In this document: in pieces, positions 38,346-51,198 of the stretch
Layout: every line of letters begins with the position of its first letter
Position numbering within the stretch: the first letter of the stretch is position 1
Source of the DNA: Escherichia coli O127:H6 str. E2348/69
GTDB lineage: Bacteria > Pseudomonadota > Gammaproteobacteria > Enterobacterales > Enterobacteriaceae
DNA: 64,000 nucleotides
Assembly (NCBI RefSeq): GCF_000026545.1
Contig: NC_011601.1
Reading direction: 5' to 3' (one strand)
Program-made: the position numbers and the translations under genes
The notes under the pieces: generated by a model
What the model saw: only the letters and a program-made list of their open reading frames with translations
Databases searched by the model: none
What the model was told of the DNA's origin: nothing

Positions 38346-40313
38346 TTAACTATCGGTCAACGCATGTTGATACTTATGGAGCATACCCGTAAGCCGATGT
38401 ACTGGTTCCGTCACCTGCGGTGGCGCTTGCCAGATGCGTAGCTTTTCCTGGTAGATTTCCAGTTCTTCCAGCAACTGGCCAAAGTACCGACGACGTTTAT
38501 CATCGCTACGGGCAGATATCACATGGTCTGCTGTGCGGCGCATTTGTCGGTGAAACGCCGATAAATCCTCGTTAACCGGGATCGGCGCATCACGCAGGCG
38601 CTGGTGCGCGATAATCATCGTCAGCGCCAGGCGAAATTTCGGCAAATCCCCTGGGAACTTATTCATCAGCAAAAACAGCTGCTGATAAAGTGCCGGGAGG
38701 TGGTTCTCTTTACGACGTGCCACATTGGTAGTCATCGCGGAAACAGCAGCAGAAACAAACTGATTAAGCAGTACACGTCCAGTCCTGTCGCGCGATTTAT
38801 CCCGCACCAGCAAAATAACGGTGAACGCGAGCACACAGCCGACGATTTGCCCTAATGCGCTGTCGAGAAACTGACTGAAATGGAAAGTCATCGGATTATC
38901 CAGCACGATAATGTTTATGGTGCTGGCCAACGCCCCCATCGAGCCCAATCTCCGTTTCTGTACTTCTATACCGAGGAAGAATCCCAGCACTGCCAGGCTA
39001 ATACACAGCAGCAACATGCTCTGTTGGGTATTAGGGATAATCACCAAAAAGTAGAGCAGCCCTAACGGTAGCGCTGCCAGCGTCCCGTAGATAAAGTCGA
39101 TCGCCACCATGCGTGGATTCGGCAAACGCATTGCCAGTGACGTCACGACCGCAATCATCACCATTGCACCACTGCCGGAAGTCCAGCCCGTCCACAGCCA
39201 AAAAAGCGTGCCCAGAATGCAAGAAAGTGTGGTTCGCCAGAAGTTAACCATTGCATGATGACGTTCGGCTGACTCTACTTTTACTTCCGGTTCGCCTTGC
39301 AGGATCTCTTCTTCAGTGGCGTTGATTTTTGTGTTACTGATAACGCCGCGCTTGAGAAGCTGATAACGCGTTGCCGCCGCGACCCAGCTATAAATGGTGA
39401 CAGGCGTTTCCCGTTCCCCGGTCCAGGCGATCACTCTCCGCAGGCGTTTGAGCTGCTTGTGGACGTCCTGCGCAGTTTCTACCGGCGTGTCAAAAAATTC
39501 GCGGAAAGTATCAGTGATCAATTCCGGGCGCGTATTCTGAATAAGATAAGTTTCGCAGGATTGGGTAATCAGCGTCAGCGATAGCGTATTGATCGCTTTT
39601 AAACGTCGATTGGCCCGCGCCCAGCGGGAAGATTCCATATTCAGGTTGCTGCGCATACCTTGTAACGCCGTAGTACGTCGCACCAGATCGCCCCAGGCTT
39701 TATCGACAACTTCACCATCGCCATGCTTGATACAGAGTTGCATTAATTGATATTGCGCGACCAGCAAACTTTCCAGCTCTCGATCCACTTCTTGTTTGAT
39801 CGATCGCGGAGAAAAGAGCAAATCCGCCATAATTGCACACACAATACCGATAACGATCTCGCTACAACGTTCGACGGCAAACTGCGGCGTAAGCAATGGT
39901 TCCGGCTGAATGGTGATCACAATGATCAGCGCGGTATAACCGGCCAGCCCCCACGCATACGAGTTTTCTATTCGTACCAGCGAGGATATCCAGGTACAAA
40001 AACCGGCCCAGATACAGCACACCAGAATCATCAATAATGGTGCTCGGATCATCGCAATGATGATTACCAGTCCGGCAATACAGCCAATAAATGTGCCGAT
40101 GATGCGCAAAAAGCCACGATAGCGAATAGCGCCAGAATACGGTTCACCTCCCGCAGCAAAGGCCGGACCGGCGGCAACAATCGCCGCTGTCAGTACCGCC
40201 CAGCGTGGCGTTTCCAGCTGGAAGTGAAAGCCAACAAACAGCGCCAGTACAATGGCGGTCGCCAGTTTTACCGCAAAGCGAATATGTTGATTAGCAATGG
40301 AGAAAATACCCAT
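38346..40313 (-). CDS. aaeB: AaeB, p-hydroxybenzoic acid efflux pump subunit
   Basis: 655 aa, multi-TM N-terminal half, FUSC family. Confidence 0.95.
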   Translation of the reverse strand: MGIFSIANQHIRFAVKLATAIVLALFVGFHFQLETPRWAVLTAAIVAAGPAFAAGGEPYSGAIRYRGFLRIIGTFIGCIAGLVIIIAMIRAPLLMILVCCIWAGFCTWISSLVRIENSYAWGLAGYTALIIVITIQPEPLLTPQFAVERCSEIVIGIVCAIMADLLFSPRSIKQEVDRELESLLVAQYQLMQLCIKHGDGEVVDKAWGDLVRRTTALQGMRSNLNMESSRWARANRRLKAINTLSLTLITQSCETYLIQNTRPELITDTFREFFDTPVETAQDVHKQLKRLRRVIAWTGERETPVTIYSWVAAATRYQLLKRGVISNTKINATEEEILQGEPEVKVESAERHHAMVNFWRTTLSCILGTLFWLWTGWTSGSGAMVMIAVVTSLAMRLPNPRMVAIDFIYGTLAALPLGLLYFLVIIPNTQQSMLLLCISLAVLGFFLGIEVQKRRLGSMGALASTINIIVLDNPMTFHFSQFLDSALGQIVGCVLAFTVILLVRDKSRDRTGRVLLNQFVSAAVSAMTTNVARRKENHLPALYQQLFLLMNKFPGDLPKFRLALTMIIAHQRLRDAPIPVNEDLSAFHRQMRRTADHVISARSDDKRRRYFGQLLEELEIYQEKLRIWQAPPQVTEPVHRLTGMLHKYQHALTDS

Positions 40314-40318
40314 CGTGA

Positions 40319-41251
40319 TTAACCAAACTCACGCAGGCGATGAGCCATTTTACGGAAGAACGAATCCTGACTTTCGTCGCGATCTTGTTTGCCAGTGACT
40401 ACCACCGTAGCAGTGGTGCCCGCAGGCCAGATGTTCTCTTGCTGGTTGTCGAGACGAATACGTACCGGAACACGTTGCGCCAAACGTACCCATTCAAGGT
40501 TAGAGTCGATGGTCGCCATCCCTTTGTCGTCACGCGTGCTGCTGGCATTGGTGACCCCTGCGGCAACACTATCAACAGTCCCTTTCAGCACTTTGTTACT
40601 GCCAAGCGGCGTGATCTCCGCACGATACCCAGGGCGCACCCCTTCCAGCTTAGTTTCTTCCATATAGGCCAGTACATAGAAGGAGTTCTGTTTCACCAGC
40701 GCAACCGCCGTTGATCCTCGAGTAATAAACTCACCGGTATAGACGTTGAGGTTGGTCACCCAGCCATCTGCTGGCGCGCGGATGACTGTACGTTCAAGAT
40801 CCAGTTTTGCCAGATCGCGGGTCGCCTGCGCTTTCGCTAACTGATGCAGAACTGTTTGTAGTACGTTGTTGGCCTGGTCGATCTCTTCGCGAGACATCGC
40901 CTGCACACCGAGACGGTTACGACGTCCGGCCTCCTGGCGTTTCTCCTGTGCCAGTACCTGATAATAAGCAACATCGGCTTGCGCTTCCTCAAGCGCCTTT
41001 TGATAACGCGGCTGGTCGATGGTGAACAGTACCTGTCCTTTTTTCACCAGCTGGTTATCATGAACATTCACCTGGGTAATGAGTCCAGAAACGTCCGGCG
41101 CGATCGCAACGACGTCAGCGCTAAAGCGCGCGTCACGCGTCCACGGGGATTCGGTGTAATAGACCCAGGCATTAAAAATTGCGATGAAGGCCAGAATGAC
41201 TAATACGACCGTGATGGCCGTACGGGAGAATTTTCTTATTAGTGTTTTCAC
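40319..41251 (-). CDS. aaeA: AaeA, efflux pump membrane fusion protein
   Basis: 310 aa, N-terminal TM, HlyD-like. Confidence 0.95.
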
Positions 41252-41258
41252 TTCAACC

Positions 41259-41462
41259 TCAAACGAACAGTCGCGATATCAAATAAAACAAGCAGCAATA
41301 GAGCGCGGTGTTGAACAACGCCGGATGCCAGACAAAGTCGTAGATACCTGTTGGCACAAGTACCCGGCGCACCAGCCAGAAAATCGCCAGTGATAAAAGC
41401 AATTCGAAAAATATCGGTGGGAAGGACAGCCCAAACACCACGATAACGGGAAACAGACTCAT
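41259..41462 (-). CDS. aaeX: AaeX, small membrane protein
   Basis: ORF 41259..41531; start at ATG 41460-41462 ([19 protein letters not shown]), 67 aa. Confidence 0.88.
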
Positions 41463-41644
41463 GTTGACCTTGGTTGTATAGAGAGAGCAGGCGTTATTAT
41501 TTTCAGCATCTGTCGCCGCAGAGAAGGGCATGGAAAGCCGGGCGAGAGCAACATTGCTGTAGATTGATATTTAATATATTAACGTAACTGTTATGCTGTT
41601 ATCTATATTATGTGATCTAAATCACTTTTAAGTCAGAGTGAATA

Positions 41645-42574
41645 ATGGAACGACTAAAACGCATGTCGGTGTTTGCCAAAGTAGTTGAATTTGGCTCTTT
41701 TACCGCCGCCGCCAGACAGCTACAGATGAGCGTTTCGTCCATCAGTCAGACGGTGTCAAAACTGGAAGATGAGTTACAGGTAAAGCTGTTAAACCGTAGT
41801 ACACGCAGCATTGGCCTGACTGAAGCCGGCAGAATTTACTACCAGGGCTGCCGTCGGATGCTCCATGAAGTGCAGGATGTTCATGAGCAACTGTATGCCT
41901 TCAATAACACCCCCATCGGGACGCTGCGCATTGGCTGTTCTTCAACTATGGCACAAAATGTTCTCGCCGGGCTGACGGCAAAAATGCTGAAAGAATACCC
42001 AGGTTTGAGCGTCAATCTGGTTACCGGAATTCCTGCCCCCGACCTGATTGCCGACGGTCTGGATGTGGTGATCCGCGTCGGCGCGTTGCAAGATTCCAGC
42101 CTGTTTTCCCGCCGTCTGGGCGCGATGCCAATGGTGGTGTGCGCCGCAAAAAGCTATCTCACACAATACGGCATACCAGAAAAACCCGCCGATTTAAGTA
42201 GTCATTCATGGCTTGAATACAGCGTGCGACCCGACAATGAATTTGAACTGATCGCACCGGAAGGGATCTCGACTCGCCTGATCCCGCAAGGGAGATTTGT
42301 GACTAATGATCCGATGACGCTGGTGCGCTGGCTGACGGCGGGTGCCGGGATCGCCTACGTGCCGCTGATGTGGGTGATCAACGAGATCAATCGCGGGGAA
42401 CTGGAGATCCTGCTGCCACGTTACCAGTCAGACCCACGCCCGGTTTATGCGTTATATACCGAAAAAGATAAGCTGCCGCTGAAGGTACAAGTCGTGATCA
42501 ACTCGCTAACGGATTATTTTGTTGAGGTCGGTAAATTGTTTCAGGAGATGCACGGGCGCGGGAAAGAGAAGTAA
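41645..42574 (+). CDS. aaeR: AaeR, LysR-family activator of aaeXAB
   Basis: 309 aa, N-terminal HTH, divergent from aaeXAB. Confidence 0.95.
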   Translation: MERLKRMSVFAKVVEFGSFTAAARQLQMSVSSISQTVSKLEDELQVKLLNRSTRSIGLTEAGRIYYQGCRRMLHEVQDVHEQLYAFNNTPIGTLRIGCSSTMAQNVLAGLTAKMLKEYPGLSVNLVTGIPAPDLIADGLDVVIRVGALQDSSLFSRRLGAMPMVVCAAKSYLTQYGIPEKPADLSSHSWLEYSVRPDNEFELIAPEGISTRLIPQGRFVTNDPMTLVRWLTAGAGIAYVPLMWVINEINRGELEILLPRYQSDPRPVYALYTEKDKLPLKVQVVINSLTDYFVEVGKLFQEMHGRGKEK

Positions 42575-42629
42575 TTAATATTGTACTGTTACGTTGTACA
42601 AACCTGTGCCAACGGGTTTCCCTCACCCT

Positions 42630-42637
42630 AACCCCAG
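42630..42637. repeat. Left copy of 8-bp flanking direct repeat AACCCCAG (target-site duplication)
   Basis: Identical 8-mer immediately abuts both IS termini (42630-42637 and 44188-44195). Confidence 0.75.
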
Positions 42638-42656
42638 CTGTCTCTTATACACAAAT
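42638..42656 (+). repeat. IS left terminal inverted repeat
   Basis: CTGTCTCTTATACACAAAT; overlaps a perfect 10-bp stem ACAAATCCCC / GGGGATTTGT at 42651-42674. Confidence 0.85.
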
Positions 42657-42802
42657 CCCCACCCGGGGATTTGTGATGTCTGTCAGTCTGCTTTAGGGGG
42701 ACTCTTTCCATCCGGTAGTTTCCTTCCTCCCCGGCAGCGATTTTTTGAACTTTTTCCTCACCCGTTGATCTTCTCTTATATTTCATTTTCTTCGGGTCTG
42801 TT

Positions 42803-44176
42803 ATGGTACTTTCTGATTGTTATTCATGGGCTAACGAGCAGTTTGGACATGCCCGTCTCGGTGATCCGCGTCGTACACGACGCCTTGTGTCACTGGCCTC
42901 TTCTCTCGCTCAGCATGCAGGTCTTTCTATTGTGAAATCATCCCAGTCCACTGCTCAGGTTGAAGGTGCGTACCGCCTGATACGTAACCCGTCTGTGTCC
43001 CCGCAAGCCATTGCCGAAGCCGGATTTACCGCCACTGTAAGGGCATGTGAGGCTCATCCGCTGCTCCTCGCGCTGGAAGACACCACCACCATTAACTTCA
43101 GTCACAGTACGGCATCTGATGACCTGGGGAATACCACCACTAACCCGAAGACGCGCGGGCTGCTGGCTCACTCTGTCCTGATGTACGCCCCCGACAGCGC
43201 CCTGCCAGTCGGTCTTATCGAACAGCAGCGCTGGAGTCGTGCCACGGACACCTACGGTGTTAAGCACCAGCGAAAAGAACGTCCCTATGAAGAAAAAGAA
43301 AGTTACCGCTGGCAGCAGGCTTCGGAGCGCATGGCCGAACGGCTGGGGGAGATACAGAAACGGGTAATCACTGTCTGTGACCGGGAAGCGGATATCTGGC
43401 ATTACCTGCATTATAAAGTCAGCCACGGGCAGCGCTTCGTGGTGCGTGCAGCACAGAATCGCCGGCTGGAAGAAGCACCCGGCAAGCTCTTCGAACTGCC
43501 GGAAGTCCTGGCAACCGCGGGAAGCCACACGCTGAATGTGATGCAAAAAGGCGGGCGGGCAGCCCGCCAGGCCCGGATGTTCATCAGTTACAGCGAAGTC
43601 AGCATAAAAAATCCCGACAACAGCGGCCAGGCGCTCCCGCTCACGTATGTCTGTTGCCGGGAGCAGGCAGAGGACGGCGCCTGCTGGCATCTGCTGACGT
43701 CAGAAAAAGTGGCGAGTGCCGCCGATGCGCGACGTATCGTCAGCCATTACGAGCGACGCTGGCTGATAGAGGAATACCACAAGGCGTGGAAAAGTGGTGG
43801 TACATGTGTGGAATCGCTGCGAATGCAGACCCGGGATAACCTCGAGCGCATGGTGGTTATCAAGGCGTTTATCGCGGTGCGGGTGCTGGGCCTGCGGCAG
43901 GGCGGTATCAGTGAAGAAACACAAAATGACAGCTGTGAGAAAATACTGACGCCGACAGAGTGGAAACTGCTGTGGGTTAAGCTGGAAGGAAAACCGCTTC
44001 CGTCACAGATGCCGACACTGAAATGGGCCTGTCTGAAACTGGCGAAACTGGGGCGATGGCATGACAGCAAACGCACCGGTCGCCCCGGTTGGGTAGTCAT
44101 GTGGGATGGCTGGTTCAGACTTCAGGATATGGTTGAGGGTTACCTGGTGATGAAGTCTCTTGATCAGGAGATCTGA
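42803..44176 (+). CDS. IS50-group DDE transposase (Tn5 Tnp homologue)
   Basis: 457 aa; blocks shared with Tn5 Tnp: GDPRRTRRLV, EGAYRLIRNP, LALEDTT (D93), VCDREADIWHYL (D193), YERRWLIEEYHKAWK (Y316-R319-E323-K330 YREK signature), DSKRTGRPGW; stop codon lies inside the right IR. Confidence 0.92.
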   Translation: MVLSDCYSWANEQFGHARLGDPRRTRRLVSLASSLAQHAGLSIVKSSQSTAQVEGAYRLIRNPSVSPQAIAEAGFTATVRACEAHPLLLALEDTTTINFSHSTASDDLGNTTTNPKTRGLLAHSVLMYAPDSALPVGLIEQQRWSRATDTYGVKHQRKERPYEEKESYRWQQASERMAERLGEIQKRVITVCDREADIWHYLHYKVSHGQRFVVRAAQNRRLEEAPGKLFELPEVLATAGSHTLNVMQKGGRAARQARMFISYSEVSIKNPDNSGQALPLTYVCCREQAEDGACWHLLTSEKVASAADARRIVSHYERRWLIEEYHKAWKSGGTCVESLRMQTRDNLERMVVIKAFIAVRVLGLRQGGISEETQNDSCEKILTPTEWKLLWVKLEGKPLPSQMPTLKWACLKLAKLGRWHDSKRTGRPGWVVMWDGWFRLQDMVEGYLVMKSLDQEI

Positions 44177-44187
44177 TCAAGAGACAG
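44169..44187 (-). repeat. IS right terminal inverted repeat
   Basis: Plus strand AGATCTGATCAAGAGACAG = reverse complement of CTGTCTCTTGATCAGATCT. Confidence 0.85.
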
Positions 44188-44195
44188 AACCCCAG
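44188..44195. repeat. Right copy of 8-bp flanking direct repeat AACCCCAG
   Basis: Identical to 42630-42637. Confidence 0.75.
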
Positions 44196-44259
44196 AGGGG
44201 CGAGGGGACCGTTCGTACACGGAGAAGGATTAATTATCCTTCTGAAAATACTGAAATTA

Positions 44260-45720
<1,461 letters not shown>

Positions 45721-45752
45721 TTAGTTACTGCAGTAGAGGATTTTTTACGGCT

Positions 45753-45786
45753 GCCGGATGCGGCGTGAACGCCCTGTCCGGCCTAC
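45753..45786. repeat. REP (repetitive extragenic palindrome) element
   Basis: GCCGGATGCGGCGTGAACGCCCTGTCCGGCCTAC in the tldD-yhdP intergenic region. Confidence 0.85.
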
Positions 45787-45860
45787 GGTTATGTTCTGGC
45801 TCGTTGGCCTTTGGCAACGATTATCATATGAGATTGGGGCAATTACGCGCCCTCGTCAAA

Positions 45861-48800
45861 TCATTGCGCTTTTTCTTTGCGCGGTTGTCGCAACACTTCG
45901 TTGATTTGCGGATCGTCCAGCGGACCCGAAATGTGATAGCGCAAAATGGAGACTTTGCTCCACAGCGGTCCCAGCACTTTACTGGCGGCAAACACTGCCG
46001 CGCCAACAATGGGGTTAACCGCAAAGGCCGCAGCCACGCCGACCGTCGCAGAAATCTCTGGTGCGACAACCGCTTCCATATTCAGGTCGCGACGTACCAG
46101 ATTTACCGACCCTTTCATAGCGATGTCCGCTTCCAGGCCATCCACCAGCGTGTCGTCGGTGTGCATAACGCCGTCTTTAATCCACGCGGTGCTGCGAATG
46201 GAGTCAAAATAGAACCCTTCGCCAAAAGTGTCTCTGAAATCAAAACGCAGCTTACGCATCAGGGCATCTACGCTCAATAAGCGCAGCAATTGCCCGGCAT
46301 GTCCGGTATTGATTTCGGTAATTTCGCCTTTACCCAGTTGAGTATGAATGATGCCATTCAACGTCGCCTCATCTGGCTGCCAGGGTGCTTTGCGCCAGTG
46401 TAAATCGTAATCCACATTAAATGACGACTGGCGTATGGGCGTCGTGACACCAAAAAATTCTGCGGCGGCATCAATTTTCTGCCCGCGCAGTTTTCCTTTC
46501 AGCGAGGTACGTTCATTCCCCGGATTGTTAACCCATTCACCATCGGCAGTGAGCCGCGAAAAACCAGTATCAATCAGTCCATTAGTCAGCGTTAACGTAT
46601 CGCCAGAAATGGTGATATCACTGTCAATACGACCGAATTTTTGCCCCCAGAACCAGCACTCTGCGCATCGTATTTGTGCGTCTGGCCAGCCACGGAAGTT
46701 AATGCGTTCCGTTGTCGGGAAAGGTGATGACTGTGTTGAATCACCACGAGTTTTCGCCACGCTTGGGTTGTAATAAAGATATTTGATATTCGCCAGCCAC
46801 GGTGCGTTATTACGCATCGCCAGCGTGGCGTTGATTTCACGCCCTTGCGCCTCAACCAGGGTGCCATTTGCCGTCGGTTGCGAAACAATACTCAGGTTAT
46901 TCCATTGCTGATTTCCCAGCGACAACATAGGCGTACGTAACGTTATGTGTTGTGGGAAACTCGCTGCACCACCGACACTCTCCGCCGCGCCTTTCTGGAA
47001 CAGGGCCAGCCACTCGGCACCATTCATCGGCGGCATATTGAGTTCAACGCCACTTTGTTCCGGCAACGGCGGGAGCGTTTTACTGTCTGCCGCCCAAATA
47101 GCACGATCGAGCGTCAGCTTTTGACCGAGCAACCAGCGGCTATTGAAATGGTTATCCGCACCAGCCTGTCCGGTTAATTCAAAGCTGTTGAGATTGCCAT
47201 CAACCTTAACGTTTACCGGTAGTGGTTCACCCGCAGGTTTGGCTAACGGTGAAGGTAAGTGACTGCTCACATTCTTCAAATCGCCGTTCAGCTCTACGTT
47301 ATACGTCGCGCCAGCATGATAAGGCAGCTCAATGCCCACTTTACCATCCCACGCCACGCTGCCACTTAATGCTTCGTTCACCGCTGCAGGCAGAACGCCG
47401 GTTTTCGCTGGTTGCCAGTTACCGTTGAGATTCACCGCGACCTGGTAGGCTTTTGCCCCTTCTTTGGTGGAAAAATCCACGTTCAACGGCTGATTAAACC
47501 AGCTTGCTGTCAGTGGTTCACTTTGCAGATCGCCATTAATAAAGCTGAATTTCCCGCTCAAATTTTTCAGGGTGCTGTCGAGTGGTTTGATAAACAGACT
47601 GTTATTACGCAGCGTCACTTCACCTTTCGCGGTTACCAGTTCGCCGTTCAGCGGAATATCGAGATGTAAGCGAGCATTCACATCGCCGTCGAGCTGGAGT
47701 TCTTGCAGGGTCGCCCCCAGAGAATCTTTCAGCGGTGTCTCATCAAAGTAAGGGCCAACGGCTTTACCCGGACCTTTAATGTCAGCGTCAATCAGCAGTT
47801 TTTCTTTTGAGTAGTCAGGGATCACTGCGGTGAGATTACTCGCGCGCACGCCGCCCAGATTAACGCCATCGGTTTTCATCCATAAACCGTCGTTAATAAA
47901 GTCCAGTTCAATATCAAGGTTAGTTAATGCAGGCCAGTCCGGCTGGAAGGCAAACTTCGCGTTGCGCAGCGGCACCAGCACTTCAAACTGACCTTCGTTG
48001 TGTTTATAGGGGAAGAGTTGCGGATTGCCACCATAAACCAGCGTCGCGTTATCCGCTTCACCGCCCTGAATCGCGCCACTTAAGTAATCAACCAGGTCTT
48101 TACCCATCAAGTTTTCCGGGAAATAGCGCCAGGCTTGTGAACCATCATCGGTACTGATGCCAGCCAGAATACCCAGCCAGGGTTCATCGTTAGCAGGTTG
48201 CAGGTAACGAAAACCGCCGCGCGCATGGACGGCTTTGGCTTTAACGTCAATATTACGCCCATCCAGCTGGAAACCTTTGTCATTGTTCAGCCAGCTTATC
48301 GTTGCCTGGCCGTCGGCGATTTCCAGTGGCGCACGGAATACCGTTTCGTAAGGCATCTTTGCCTGCTTCATCGACGCAGTAAGCAAACCATTTTCTACGC
48401 TGCCGGAAAGCGTCCCGGAGAAGTGTTCCGCACCCGGTAATAATTTCCATTGCTTCCAGGCCAGATCGCTCCACGATGCCTGAAAACGGGTCTTGTCTGC
48501 CGCCTGAAGCGGGATATCCAGCGCCAGAGTGTTAATCTTGCCGCTCGGTTGTGTGGAGCGCCAAACATCACCCAGTGCAGGTGAAAGTTTCGCGACCAGC
48601 GGGCGTACGCCCTCCAGGCCTGCCAGCTCCAGATTACTGGCGCGAATCCGGAGTTCGTCACTGCGTTTATTGTCTTTGCCGCCAACGTCCTGTTCCGGTA
48701 TCCAGGCCAGCGTCAATGCTCCGCTCGGCCAGGGTTTGCCGTCCATCGTGATCCGTGTATCGGGAATAGAGAACTGCCATCCCGGATTTTCACGCGTAAT

Positions 48801-49661
48801 ATGCGCAGTCAGATTATCCACCGACAGCGTATGTGTTTCCTTCTCGCCCAACCAGCTGGCACCGCCCTGTTTCAGCCAGACGTCACCGCCGGTTACATCG
48901 CCTTTGTCGATCGTCATCCAGCCTTCAAGGGAGAACTGTGCCGTTTCCAGCGCAATATTGTCCTGCATCCATTTACCGAGCCACGGCTTCAGGTCGATGT
49001 CATCCGCCTGGAGCCAGACGCGACCATTGCTTAACAACCCCTCATCATCGCGCAAATCCATACGCACCTGCATCACGCCGTGCTGTCCGGTAAGGCTGGA
49101 GAGGCTTACCAGGCCTTCCGCACGGTGTCGACGTGGATCGTTCAGCCAGGTGAGCTGTGGGATCGCCAGCTCGGCGCGCTGACCGGATGGCGTCAGGAAA
49201 CTGACTTCACTGTCGCGGAGATCGAAATGGTCAAATTGACGAAGAAACAGATCGCTGATGTGACTGGCTTCCAGGCTATCATTACCACCGCCGCTGGTGA
49301 TAGGAGTGTTGGTGCGAAAGCGCAGCTGCCAGAAAGTGAGGTCGCGAAACTGCCAGCGCATATGTAACAGGCTCTGCCAGACATCCAGCGCAAGAGTAAC
49401 GCGTTTAACCGAAAATTCGCCGCCATCTTTTAGTTCTGCACGGATGTCGTGCGCTTCAAGCGTCGGACCAAAATTCTGCCAGCTGGCTGAGAGCTGACTG
49501 GCTTCTACCGGCATGCCAGTCGCGGATTCTATTTTGTTGAGGATTTCCGGACGCCAGGCGTCAAGATGCGGTAAAGCAATACGCAGGCCGCTAACCAGCA
49601 GAGCAGCGATCACAACGAGCGCGGCTCCAGTAAGCAGTAAAATCCCCGGCAATCGCCTCAC
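45861..49661 (-). CDS. yhdP: YhdP, AsmA-like/TamB-like envelope protein (phospholipid transport)
   Basis: 1266 aa, N-terminal TM anchor, large periplasmic beta-rich protein. Confidence 0.95.
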   Translation of the reverse strand: MRRLPGILLLTGAALVVIAALLVSGLRIALPHLDAWRPEILNKIESATGMPVEASQLSASWQNFGPTLEAHDIRAELKDGGEFSVKRVTLALDVWQSLLHMRWQFRDLTFWQLRFRTNTPITSGGGNDSLEASHISDLFLRQFDHFDLRDSEVSFLTPSGQRAELAIPQLTWLNDPRRHRAEGLVSLSSLTGQHGVMQVRMDLRDDEGLLSNGRVWLQADDIDLKPWLGKWMQDNIALETAQFSLEGWMTIDKGDVTGGDVWLKQGGASWLGEKETHTLSVDNLTAHITRENPGWQFSIPDTRITMDGKPWPSGALTLAWIPEQDVGGKDNKRSDELRIRASNLELAGLEGVRPLVAKLSPALGDVWRSTQPSGKINTLALDIPLQAADKTRFQASWSDLAWKQWKLLPGAEHFSGTLSGSVENGLLTASMKQAKMPYETVFRAPLEIADGQATISWLNNDKGFQLDGRNIDVKAKAVHARGGFRYLQPANDEPWLGILAGISTDDGSQAWRYFPENLMGKDLVDYLSGAIQGGEADNATLVYGGNPQLFPYKHNEGQFEVLVPLRNAKFAFQPDWPALTNLDIELDFINDGLWMKTDGVNLGGVRASNLTAVIPDYSKEKLLIDADIKGPGKAVGPYFDETPLKDSLGATLQELQLDGDVNARLHLDIPLNGELVTAKGEVTLRNNSLFIKPLDSTLKNLSGKFSFINGDLQSEPLTASWFNQPLNVDFSTKEGAKAYQVAVNLNGNWQPAKTGVLPAAVNEALSGSVAWDGKVGIELPYHAGATYNVELNGDLKNVSSHLPSPLAKPAGEPLPVNVKVDGNLNSFELTGQAGADNHFNSRWLLGQKLTLDRAIWAADSKTLPPLPEQSGVELNMPPMNGAEWLALFQKGAAESVGGAASFPQHITLRTPMLSLGNQQWNNLSIVSQPTANGTLVEAQGREINATLAMRNNAPWLANIKYLYYNPSVAKTRGDSTQSSPFPTTERINFRGWPDAQIRCAECWFWGQKFGRIDSDITISGDTLTLTNGLIDTGFSRLTADGEWVNNPGNERTSLKGKLRGQKIDAAAEFFGVTTPIRQSSFNVDYDLHWRKAPWQPDEATLNGIIHTQLGKGEITEINTGHAGQLLRLLSVDALMRKLRFDFRDTFGEGFYFDSIRSTAWIKDGVMHTDDTLVDGLEADIAMKGSVNLVRRDLNMEAVVAPEISATVGVAAAFAVNPIVGAAVFAASKVLGPLWSKVSILRYHISGPLDDPQINEVLRQPRKEKAQ

Positions 49662-49728
49662 CCGTCACTCCTTGTCTGCTAAAAATGTGACTCAAAAACC
49701 CTTTGCCGGATGGCGGCCCAGCATCTGT

Positions 49729-51198
49729 TTACATCATTACGACGTCAAACTGCTCCTGGTTATAGAGCGGTTCAATTTGTACTTTAACCTGTTTGCCAAC
49801 GAAAATTTCCACTTCCGCCAGCGAGTGTGACTCTTCGCCTTTCAAGGCTTCGGCTACTGCCGGAGAAGCATAGACCAGGAAACGGTCGGAGTCGTAAGCA
49901 TGGTGGACACGAACAATCTCGCGCATGATTTCATAGCATACCGTTTCCACGGTTTTCACCGTTCCGCGACCGTGGCAGGTTGGGCATTCGTTACACAGTA
50001 CGTGCTCAATGCTTTCGCGGGTGCGTTTACGCGTCATCTCCACCAGCCCCAGCGCCGAAAAACCATTAACGCTGGTTTTCACCCGATCTTTGCTCAACGC
50101 CTGCTCCAGCGAGTGCAGCACGCGGCGACGGTGATCTTCATTATTCATATCGATGAAATCAATAATGATAATCCCGCCCAGATTGCGCAACCGTAACTGG
50201 CGAGCGATAGCCTGCGTCGCTTCAATATTGGTATTGAAAATGGTGTCGTCCAGATTGCGATGACCGACAAACGCCCCGGTATTGATGTCCACGGTGGTCA
50301 TCGCTTCGGTCTGGTCGATAATCAGATAACCACCGGATTTCAGTTCTACTTTGCGTTCCAGCGCTCGCTGGATTTCGTTTTCGACATCAAAGAGATCGAA
50401 AATCGGCTGACGTCCGGTGTAATGCTCCAGCTTGCTGGTCATCTCGGGAATGTACTCTGAGGTAAACTCCAGCAATGCTTCGTAAGTCAGGCGTGAGTCA
50501 ACGCGAATGCGGTCGAGTTCGGCGTCGGCGAAATCACGCAGAACACGCTGCGCCAGCGCCAGTTCGCCGTACAGCTGATAACGGGTCTGCGGGCGTTTTT
50601 TACGCTCCATAACTTTGGTCCAGACGCGTTTCAGATAAGCGGCATCGGAGGCCAGTTCAGCCTCGCCAACCCCTTCCGCTGCAGTACGGATGATAAACCC
50701 GCCCTGCTCGTCGCAATACTCTGCGACCACTTTTTTCAGGCGTTCACGTTCTGATTCGCTTTCAATACGTTGGGATACCCCAACGTGAGAAGCCCCTGGC
50801 ATAAACACCAGATAGCGAGAAGGCAGCGTGATATCGGTGGTCAGGCGCGCACCTTTAGTGCCAAGCGGATCTTTCACCACCTGCACCATCAGATCTTGCC
50901 CCTGACGGACCAGTTCCGAGATGTCGCGCACCGTGAATTGCTTTTGTTCTTCACCCGCCACACATTCGGTGTGCGGCATGATGTCAGATGCATGAAGAAA
51001 CGCGGCTTTATCCAGCCCAATATCTACAAAAGCCGCCTGCATACCCGGAAGTACACGACTTACACGACCCTTGTAGATATTGCCTACTATTCCGCGTCGC
51101 GCCTCACGTTCAATATGAATTTCCTGCAGAATACCGCCATCAATATACGCCACTCGCGTTTCCGAAGGCGTTACGTTTACCAACAATTCAGCCGTCAT
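49729..51198 (-). CDS. rng: RNase G (Rng)
   Basis: ORF 49729..51216; start at ATG 51196-51198 ([22 protein letters not shown]), 489 aa, S1 domain plus RNase E/G catalytic domain. Confidence 0.93.

Larger units (their letters stand above)
42638..44187 (+). mobile_element. IS50-like insertion sequence (IS4 family), 1550 bp, intact
   Basis: Left end CTGTCTCTTATACACAAAT resembles IS50 outside/mosaic end; right end (reverse complement CTGTCTCTTGATCAGATCT) is identical to the IS50 inside end as I recall it; single DDE transposase ORF; 8-bp flanking direct repeat. Confidence 0.9.

Noticed and set aside
42594-42935. 113-aa ORF spanning the aaeR-IS junction
   Set aside because: Starts in chromosomal DNA, crosses the IS terminal repeat and is out of frame with the transposase; a junction artefact.
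42938-43690. 250-aa minus-strand ORF inside the IS element
   Set aside because: Antisense to the transposase gene with no motifs of its own; IS50-type elements encode their proteins on one strand.
48529-49182. 217-aa plus-strand ORF inside yhdP
   Set aside because: Antisense shadow ORF; low-complexity Ser/Pro/Arg-rich translation.
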